The position numbers were made by a program, and so were the translations under genes. The notes under the pieces were generated by a model. The model was not told where the DNA came from. It did no database searches and saw only the letters and a program-made list of their open reading frames with translations. Positions 45,827-55,300 of a stretch of DNA of 64,000 nt are shown here, one piece after another. Where the stretch lies: positions 1-64,000 of the IMG/VR virus record IMGVR_UViG_3300027839_000006; one strand, written 5' to 3'. This DNA comes from a virus. Positions within the stretch are counted from its first letter, which is position 1; the number at the start of each line of letters is the position of its first letter.

Positions 45827-48800
45827 ATGGCTATCAAGGACCACGATAAGCATTACGACGACCTCGCGGGCGCAGTCCCGGGACAACCTAATCAGGTTTC
45901 CCGTCATCTGAAGCTCGGGGAGCGGTCGCTCAATCAAGTCGTCTATCAGTCGGGGAAGCCCGTTCTCGACGCAGAACTGAACTTGAGCCAGGACATCTCC
46001 GAGTACACTCGGCAGCTTCTCGCCCGCCGAGAAGCCCAGTCCGGTTGGCTGAAGGGTCAGACTTTCCGAGACGGCTATTTGGATTTCACTTTCCAGCACT
46101 CCTGTGACGAAGGTTTCGCTCCGAACACCTTTAGCATGAAGAAAATGGTCGCCCTCGTTGCCGGTAATCCGGTTGTCGTGGAGTACACCGATACTTCAGT
46201 GGGTGGTGGAAACACCATCACGTTGCCTGCCCCGACCACCTATGACGGCACGAACGCCACGATCAAGAGGACCGATTTCGTCTTCTTGGAAGTGTGGAAG
46301 ACTCTTGTTGCCCCAAGCCCCAGAGCTTGGGCGACGGTTACGATCCATGAGTGTGGCACGCCCCCTCTTCTGGAGGTGGGTGTAGATGAGGTAGCCATTA
46401 CGGTTCCCGTCAGTGCCGGAGGTAGCGGCCTCCAGACTCACTTTGTCGTGGCCGCCGAAGGTACAGGCTACCCCTCGATCCCCGATTCCACGAACTGGGA
46501 GATCGGAGCCAACGGATGCTCCACAGCAGATTATCTGGCCCATGCCATCAACAATGCGGTCATTGGGGTTACCGCCTACACGAACGGTACGGAAGTGATC
46601 ACCTTGAAGGCGAATCTTCAAGGTGCTTCGGGCAACACGATCTCTATCGAAGTCGTATCCACGGAGGCCACAGAGATCGTCATCCCGGGTGGGCTGTTCA
46701 CTGGCGGCGAAGACCGCCCCAACAAGCCCGCTCAAAACAAGATCTGGCGGCACGGCAACGTGCAGTCCCCAGAAGTGACATGGCTTGAGGACGATCTGGC
46801 CGACCCCTTCATTGATACCGAGTCTACGCAGAGGATTCAGCTTCAGTACCGCATCCGAGCAACCGGAGCGGGTGAGGGTGTCAACTATAAGATACACCCA
46901 GACGGGTTCACCACACCACGGAACATTCCCGGTGGTGAGGGTCAAACGAACGCACAGGGCGCTCTGTCTGTCCCGGTAGACGAATACCCCTTCGTCCCGG
47001 CAGACCGTGAGAGCGTTAGGGACAACTCTGATGCAGTTGCCTATGGAATCCAAGACGATGGGCTTTTCGTTGCAGGAGACGGGTCCGAGGAAGCCGCAGC
47101 GGCACTTGGAGCCGTAGATGGCTTTGTTTATGCCATTCCGATTGGTTTTGTGTTCCGCAGAAACGACATCTGGAACGCTCCAGAAGCCTTCAAGGGCTTC
47201 GACCCGAGGAACAATGCTAACGGCGCTCCTACGCATGACCACGGCGGGTACAACGGCCCCTTGGGGGTTATCCCTGCGGGCCACTCTGACCGCCCAGATG
47301 CGTTGTTCAGCGATTGTATTGATGCCAATGACATCCTGGACCTCCGCCGCCATGTGGCGATGGCGGGGCATGATCTAAAGGCCGAGCTTCAATACCAAAT
47401 CCAGTCTCTTCTGGATGGGGAGTTCCGAACTTGGGCCATCGATTCTTCCGACAAGGACACTCTCGGAGGGTCTTCCGGCAACGTCTCTACTCGATTCTTG
47501 GTTTGTAACGAGATCGGGAGAGAGCAGGGCAAGGGAGGCAACCCCCCTCATTCGGGTGACACCCAACGGGGCACTACGATTCGGAGTTTCGACCATATCG
47601 CCCGCCGATTCGGCGACCAAGCTGTGGTCGAGAGAATGACATTCGCTTTCTGGCCTGGAGACCGGGCGGCCTCTGGGGCTGTACCAGACGGAATCCCTGG
47701 TCAACTCAATGACGGCAAGTACGTCTCCAAGACAGGCAACGGAAACCGTTGGTCAGAAGACGATGTACTCCACTTGAACCTGGGTAGCTTCGACGCTTCA
47801 ACTTTGGGTGGTGTGTTCTCTGGGGGAGCCTGGGCCAACAGCTTCCCAGACGGGCCTTATGTCACGCAGTTCGCCCCTCCCGGCATGGTGATTACCGATG
47901 TCTGGCTGGTTCACCATGACGATGGTCACTACGACGCAACCGAACCCGTGGACCAAAGAGTGCAGATCAAGCACATTGATGGGCTTGGGACCGCTCATGT
48001 TGAGCTTCATTTGGATGCCAACGATGACACGGTTTCCGGTGGGTTGCCGGTCATTTTGAACTCCAATGATGAGTACAAGCTCGTCCGCTCTGCCGGTGAT
48101 GATCTGGCTCTCCTTGCAGGCTCTCCACGTCGAATCTTCGTTGAAGTCGAGGTGTCCTATCCAATCGGCTACGGCCTGACGGACACCCCAGATGAGAAAG
48201 TCGAACCCGATCCAGAGGTTTACCCCTTTGGAGAGATCATTCAGTGCGGCGGCGTACCCCCGACCGACATGGAACACCCCCTTCCTCCCCAATGGCGTCC
48301 TGGCTATCGGGAGGTCAAGCTGGAGTATGTCGCAGGACATAACGGTGGTGGGGCACCCATTGGGTCTGTCCCGGGACATGAAGAACAGATCGTCAGCACG
48401 ACACAAAATCAACTGCGGCTGCCCCGACGAGTTTACCGGAGCGGGAGCCACCTCCTTACCGTATCCGACGTTCCTGCTACGGCACCCGTAGGTGTAAACG
48501 ACGACCAGAGTGCCTATGGGTCCAGCGAGAGAGTCATCTCGTTGGCAAATCTATTGAGTGGGACTCAAACACTCTGCCAAGTGACATACTTCGCTCAAGA
48601 CCCCCTACCGAACTGGGGAGGCGCAGGAACGGGCTATCAGATCGCTGCCTATTTCCGGTCCAACGCACCCCAGACATGCGGTGTGAAGGAAGGGGACATC
48701 AACGGCCCGCTTGCTGGTGGGCAACTCCCATCGAAGTTGGAAGTCGAACCTCTCATCATGGCCGATAACCTGTGGACGGGTCAGGTCGGCATGGGTTCTG

Positions 48801-49366
48801 TGGATTCGTCCTTCCCTTACATCGCCCCATTGGACCAAATCCCTATCAATGATGGGTCAGGTCTATCCGGTGAAGTTGGGGGAGATGAAGCCTGGGTCGC
48901 TGGTCAAACCCATGAGTGGTATTTCTGCGCTACGGCGCAAACCAGTGTTGACGACTTTGACGCAACGACTGGACTGTTGTCACTTCACCCATTTGTCCCG
49001 GCTGACAGGACACAACTCCTGCGGCTCGGGGGCGACGAAAACGAGCAGAAGCCTCGAAAGGACATGGAGTTCCGAGCTTACTATCCGTTTGCGGATGACA
49101 GCACGTATCGACCGACGATCATGTCCCAACCTTTGTCGGGAGCAGTTCGCCATAAAGTGTTTATCCCCATGTTAGTTCGAGCAACCGAGGATGCTAAAGG
49201 TGCCGCTGGTGGGATTCTTTATCGACGCAACGAAATGCTTTTGATTGTATTGAGCCGATTCGCCGCACTCGACACTGATAACACCGTGGTCTTCACCGAT
49301 GATGGGAACACGACCTGTGCCGCTGTATATCGAACCAAGAACCTTCTTCTCACGGTGGGAGACTAA
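45827..49366 (+). CDS. Baseplate/fibre-associated structural protein with DUF4815/DUF6519-like N-terminus, 1179 aa
   Basis: RBS GAGG. VVYQSGKPVLDAELNLSQ, RTDFVFLEVW, ESTQRIQLQYRIR and DGFVYAIPIGFVFRRN...RPD...DILDLR motifs resemble myophage and eCIS baseplate accessory proteins. Confidence 0.65.
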   Translation: MAIKDHDKHYDDLAGAVPGQPNQVSRHLKLGERSLNQVVYQSGKPVLDAELNLSQDISEYTRQLLARREAQSGWLKGQTFRDGYLDFTFQHSCDEGFAPNTFSMKKMVALVAGNPVVVEYTDTSVGGGNTITLPAPTTYDGTNATIKRTDFVFLEVWKTLVAPSPRAWATVTIHECGTPPLLEVGVDEVAITVPVSAGGSGLQTHFVVAAEGTGYPSIPDSTNWEIGANGCSTADYLAHAINNAVIGVTAYTNGTEVITLKANLQGASGNTISIEVVSTEATEIVIPGGLFTGGEDRPNKPAQNKIWRHGNVQSPEVTWLEDDLADPFIDTESTQRIQLQYRIRATGAGEGVNYKIHPDGFTTPRNIPGGEGQTNAQGALSVPVDEYPFVPADRESVRDNSDAVAYGIQDDGLFVAGDGSEEAAAALGAVDGFVYAIPIGFVFRRNDIWNAPEAFKGFDPRNNANGAPTHDHGGYNGPLGVIPAGHSDRPDALFSDCIDANDILDLRRHVAMAGHDLKAELQYQIQSLLDGEFRTWAIDSSDKDTLGGSSGNVSTRFLVCNEIGREQGKGGNPPHSGDTQRGTTIRSFDHIARRFGDQAVVERMTFAFWPGDRAASGAVPDGIPGQLNDGKYVSKTGNGNRWSEDDVLHLNLGSFDASTLGGVFSGGAWANSFPDGPYVTQFAPPGMVITDVWLVHHDDGHYDATEPVDQRVQIKHIDGLGTAHVELHLDANDDTVSGGLPVILNSNDEYKLVRSAGDDLALLAGSPRRIFVEVEVSYPIGYGLTDTPDEKVEPDPEVYPFGEIIQCGGVPPTDMEHPLPPQWRPGYREVKLEYVAGHNGGGAPIGSVPGHEEQIVSTTQNQLRLPRRVYRSGSHLLTVSDVPATAPVGVNDDQSAYGSSERVISLANLLSGTQTLCQVTYFAQDPLPNWGGAGTGYQIAAYFRSNAPQTCGVKEGDINGPLAGGQLPSKLEVEPLIMADNLWTGQVGMGSVDSSFPYIAPLDQIPINDGSGLSGEVGGDEAWVAGQTHEWYFCATAQTSVDDFDATTGLLSLHPFVPADRTQLLRLGGDENEQKPRKDMEFRAYYPFADDSTYRPTIMSQPLSGAVRHKVFIPMLVRATEDAKGAAGGILYRRNEMLLIVLSRFAALDTDNTVVFTDDGNTTCAAVYRTKNLLLTVGD

Positions 49367-49368
49367 CG

Positions 49369-52300
49369 ATGCCCCGGAAAAAGAATCCTGGTGATATCCG
49401 GGTTGGGGCGGGTTCTCGATCCGTTGAAGAAACCAACTGGACACTTACTCCCGGTAAGGCGGGGAAAGTCGATGAGGCAGATGCTTCTCATGCAGAAGCC
49501 GAACATGACCACGGCATTGGCCCTGGTGGTGTTGGATCATCTCCCCTGAAAACCCACATCGATGATGAGACCGGAGCCCATCCGGCAGCCTCTATCTCTA
49601 TTGATGGGAACCCAGGTGGGGTGTTTACGGCAGATGATGTCGAAGGTGCCCTGGACGAACTTTCAGCACTGATCCCTCCGAAGCCTCCCAAGGTTGGCTA
49701 CGAGCGGTGCTTCCTTGATCTGACTGGAATCCCCGATTGGGGCGTTCTGAAGTTGACCGATGCGTCTTTGCTTTTCCGAAGCCCCGCTATCTTTACGCAT
49801 ACATCCAACCCACCGGCATCGATCTATCCCTACTATTGGCACCCCACTCACCCGGCTTGGGAACACAGGCCCTTTGAGGCAGAGGGCAAGCAGTTCGACA
49901 ATGACTACACGATGGCGGGGGAGCAGTGGTCTCAAGGCGGTGACGATCCGTGGACAGACCACACCTTCAATATCCACGCTGTTACCTATTCGGGCGGCGG
50001 TGCAGGTCTAACCCACGCCGGGGCGTTCACTCGATCAGATAACAACAATGTGCATGAGCGAGTAGACACTGTTCGTATCTACCCTGCGTATGACATCGGA
50101 ACAGGAACGAACGTCGATGACAACGGACTGATTCCGGTCGTTCTATCTGGGATGATTCACCCGGCAGACCGTGGTCTTCTCGCTTTGATCTACTGGCCTC
50201 CTGGTGGAGACATCGCAGCGTTCATGGCCCAGGATCTTGCCGAGCAGGTTCCCGCCGCCATCTTGTTGGGGCAGGGGATCTTGGGCCAAGGCTGTCCATG
50301 TGACGGCGACCCAGGTGGCATCTTCCTTATGGGTGAAGACGAGAACGGAGACTTCGATCCCTATGAGTGGCCGGGAGCCGCTGCGGGGCAAAGCTCCCTT
50401 CAAGAACTGCACAGTGGCATTCGATATGATGGCCTCATCTTCAGTCAGGACTCTCCGTATTACAACTTCGATGAGCTACAAGATGAGTCTAAAGAGATTG
50501 GTTCCTTCGTCCTCAATGGGACCGAAGTCACCTTTACCGTAACGAATCACCTATTTGATGAAGCTGATGTAGTCAGTGTTCGAGAGAACTCAACACATCC
50601 TTGGTTGAACACTGACTGGATCATTGAGTTGGTAGACAACGACCACTTCCTAATCCGCTTGGGCGAGGATGTCGGTTCGGCCACCGTTGACCCTGCGGAC
50701 GGCAAGGTGTTCCGTAAGGTTGGTGCCAACAAGGCCCATTACCCAGACGAGGTTCACACGCCCTACCCAGGTCAGGTTCGGTTAGGCACCGACCCCCAAG
50801 CTGGGCAAGCTATCCCCAATGGTATTCCCATTCTTGGTGCTTACTCCAAGGCTCGGGCAGGCGGGAACGACAACAACTTCTTCCGCTACCGTCTCCCTTA
50901 TCTGAACGAATACTCGAATGAAGCCTGTTGGCGTCTGAAGTGGACCCCTACGAGTGAGAAGGGGCGTTACTACCTAAAGCCTGCTGTTGCCCTTGAGCCC
51001 GACGATTTGCTGGCACAAGCAGGCGACTATCCCGACTTCACGAAGGACTATTGGCCCTTCCAGTTGGGTAGATATCGACACCGCTTCCTCATCAATGCTT
51101 GTCCTTGCGTGGGTATCGAGAACGCTCCCTTTGATTTGGGCAGCTATGTTCTGGTCCACTTCAAGAAAGAAGTCTATTTTGAGGACATGGTGGCCCGGGG
51201 CGAAATGCCCACCAAGGACCGCATCTACTCTGCTTATCTGGCTCACTTCGATGATCCAGAGCATGTCTCAAACGCTGCCAACGCTGAAGAAAGTGGGTGG
51301 CAGGCGCTCATTGGACCCGACTTCAACCGGGCACCCTGGTCTTATCACGTCATGCGAGCATCGATTCTCGCAGATATGCGAGAAAGCTCTGACGCCCCGA
51401 CCATCTCAAACGCTGCCTTTGACTACGAGACGGTTGGCGACAATGTGATGTGGGTCTCTGGAGTGGCATATTTCCACCCCACACAGGCAGATGGTACGGC
51501 AGGTTTCTGGCTCAAGGACGTGACCACTTCGGCTGCTGGTCTTTGGGCAAACAACTATCGGACTTCTGACCATCTCCAACGAGTGTTGAACACACCGAAC
51601 CCGGCCTTGCTCGGGGTAGCCCCCTTCTCGTACACCACCCATGTTCCTGACTGGGTGGATACGGATGGTGTTGGCAAGCCACGGCGACAACGTGTCGAGT
51701 TCGACATGGAATATCTGCTTGGAGCGGTCCCCGGTTTCGGGGTGGATCTTGCACCCATCGCTACCGCCGCCGCTAACATCTCCGTGGATACAATGAAGCT
51801 GTCAGGGGATGCCGCTTTTGCATCCTTCTCGTCCGACGCTCATCCCCGGGCTTGGTTCCGACGACCTCTGGGACACACAACGTATAGTCCCGCAAGCACC
51901 GTTCTTCCGACCATCGGTGTCTCACTGATGCTCCCCAACGGTCTCAAGTTACTGAACCACTCATCTGCTTTGAGCCTCTACCCCATCTTTGGGAACTTCT
52001 TTGAGGGCGGCATCCCCCTCCTTTCATTGACTGGCGGGTTGATGGCTGACAAGCCACTCGCCATCTGGAAAGACTCTGTTGAATGGTTCTTGGATGAGTC
52101 ATACAGGTACTCGCTTGATTGGTCCCTGGCTCTCAATGGGGGTGATATCCAAGATGAGTTGAACGCTCGTTTGGCAGGCCCAGGGCTTCCATATACTTCG
52201 GGCAACCCCCAACCCATCGAAGTACCTGTACGTGCAGCCCATACTCCGACCATTACAGCGGTCATCAACAGTGAAGCTGTGGACTGCGACTGGAACAACG

Positions 52301-55300
52301 CTTCTTGGCTGCAAGCTGGTTTGCACGAACAGTCCCTTACAGTCTTTACCGATCCCGGTGAGGCTCAAGTTGCAGGGCTACCAGACCGGAACCCTCCAAT
52401 GTTTGAGGGGCTCCAATCTCCGTTCCCGGCAAGAGGCATCCTTCTGTACCCCCAGACGAGCTACACGGGAACCCACCGCCCCCTGGCAGGCGAAGACTAC
52501 GCAGGCAACGCCCAACCCGACTATTCCGGCATCACGGGCGACCGTGGCTATGTTCGCTGCTTCAACGTGGGGTTCTCTCGGACAGACTATGGATCTTCCG
52601 CAGCGGGTCAGCCATTCTTTACCCTTCGCCTTTGGGGCCTGCATGTAAGCGATATCGCTTACATGGCACCCGGTCCTGGATCATATTCCATCTCTGTTCA
52701 AGTCAAAGTCCCCGGGCTGACGACTTGGATGGATCTTGGCCGTCCCGATGGGGCAGGCCCCTCCAAACAAGACCCCAAGCTCGATGGAGCAGGGTGTCTT
52801 GTTCGTGGGCCAGAAACGAAGAACAACCCCGCTGAACCCGTTACAGGATTGGTCTCCTGTGACTTGAAAGTGAACGTCGGCCCGGTAGCTAATCTCTTTG
52901 AGAGTACCGGCCATGACTTTGTGGCTGGCGAGGTTCCTGTACTGATCAAGGTGGTCTTGAAAGACCGAGAGAGTACGCTGCAAGGGAATCCGAATGTACT
53001 CCAGTACGATTTCCGCCATCGTTGGGACAGCGAGGACGGAGATTTTGATGGGGGACCACACCCAGACTTCGAGTCAGGGTTGGTTCGTGGGTTGGTTGGC
53101 ATCGAGATTCTTCATCCCGAGGGTCATGCCGCCCCCAGTCCTGCGGCGCTGCCCCCCGGTTTGCCTGTGGTCACCGCCCCAGCCCCATTCTCTGTGGAGC
53201 TTGATGTGGCAGCAGCCGCATCGGCTGCTCAAGCCATCTCCTTCGCTATCGCTGCAACAGTAGCGTCTCAACAGGTGGTCCAACAGAGCTTTACGACTCT
53301 GTTTCCAAGTCTTATGGTAGGGCTCAACGAGGCCATCGCTGCTGCTCAAGCACAATCAAGTGCTGCCTCCAGCACTGCATCCCCGATTCAGGTCTTCGAC
53401 TACCAGCCCACGGTAGAAGGGCTCGATCCAAGTGCCACACTGACGGTGGCCCCAGCGGCTCTGGTAGAGGCCCTGGAGGGGTTGGAGACTATGTTCGCCT
53501 CCAAGACCGAAATCTTCCAAGCGTTTGATCCAGTTGCTAACCCACTGTTAGCAACAGAGTTGATTGGCACTACTGGAGGTTGGGGTTCTATGGACGGTGT
53601 TGATGTCGGTGTTGATCCCTTTGGGGTCAATGCAGCGCAGTTGGCATTGAACGTAGCGAACGCCGATCTGGTCGCCGTACAATCCTCTTACGATGAGGCT
53701 GTTGCCTCTCTCGCTGCCCTTACGACTGCCGTTACTACTCTGTATGATCACTATACAGCGGAGGGTACTGATCCTACGAGCGAAACCGTTTACAATGGGT
53801 TGATCGCAGCACAGACCACAGCGCAGCAGCAAGTTGACCAACTTGGGGCCGCTCTTGCGGCGGCTCTCGCAGCCGTTGAGGCCGCATCCGCCGATCTGGC
53901 TCAAGCCAATGCACGCACAGCCCAATCACAAGCAGCCAGCGCAACTGCAACTTCGACAGACGCCGAGAATCAGGCAGCCGCAGCCGTAGCGAACGATGCC
54001 GCACATGCAGCCGTTACATCAGCAGCCGCAGCCGTAGCCGATTACCAAGCGGCGATTGTATCGGTGACCGATGCAATCGCGACACTGATTGCTGCGTCTG
54101 CTCCCACTGGACCCGGTTCCATCGTGGCTACGCTGCAAGCCATTCTTGCAGCGAACGAAGCGGCATTGGCCGAAGCTATGGCAACGCAAGAGGCGGCGAA
54201 CGCCACATACGTCGAGACACAAGCAGTCCTCGCATTGGCACAAGCCGCTTACGACGCCTCACTCGCCCCCACGGTATCAACGTCTCTGTGGACTCTTGCT
54301 ACTCACGCCTCTGATCCTGCTGTGCCTGCCGGAAGTGTGCTTGCGTTTAGTAGTTACAGTGGCACAGCCCCGACCCTTACGGTCTCACATGACCCAACCC
54401 TTGGCATCGCCGCACACCTGTTTGGGTCTGACGCAAACGGGATTCTCCTGACCTACGGTCCCGGGTTCTCAATGGGTGCGTTGTTGGCGTTGTTGGAGTC
54501 GCATTATGCGGCGGATAACGCATCCGCCATGTTCTACGACGGGAGTAACTGGCTGGTGTCAAACACCATGCTTGGCACTGGTGCGGATTTCTTCCTCGCA
54601 GGAGCCACTGAATCGTTGAATCTCGGCCCCGCCGAGTTGGGTGCAAATGGTGCTGGTACGTGGGTCGCCCAGGCTGTGGATCACTCCGTTATTTGGTCGA
54701 TCAGCACCTACTCTTCCGTACAACCGGGTCAAAACACGGGCGCAACTGCTTGGGGTGACCTGACTTTCACTGCGTCTACGGCCAACATCCCAGCCGGGGT
54801 GACGGGCGTGCTGGTCGAATACGATGCGAACGCCGCTGCGGGCTCGGTGGTAGAACTTTCTACCACCCCCAACCTAACCTTGAAGTATGGCCCCGGGGTT
54901 CAACTCTCGGCGTTGATGGATGCCTGGGCAAACTCCAACCTCATCCCTGGAACAGAGGCGACGTTCGTCACAGCCATAGGGACATACGACTCTTCGGCGT
55001 TGGCGGCCAGCGCCGAAGATGGCTTCATTCAGACTATCGGACACTTCTCTCTGGAACTGGTAGCCAACACTTTCGCTGAAACACCCACGGCGATTTCGGG
55101 TGAGTGGACATTGGTTACCCAGGACTTCACAACTTCATGGTCGCTGATGACCCCCACACCGACAGCCATTGGGACATTCGCTGTTACCCAAACTGTCATC
55201 GGCCCCGCTACGGTTTCCCCTCAAGTGGGGATTCAGATCGAATACGACGCCAGCGTGGCAGATTATTCTGGAACCACGGTCGGCGATCCCGGTTCGGATA

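Noticed and set aside
53200-54270. Tape measure protein interpretation of the Ala-rich segment
   Set aside because: It is an internal ~350-aa part of a mostly beta-structured protein located after the fibre genes, not the usual tape-measure position or architecture.
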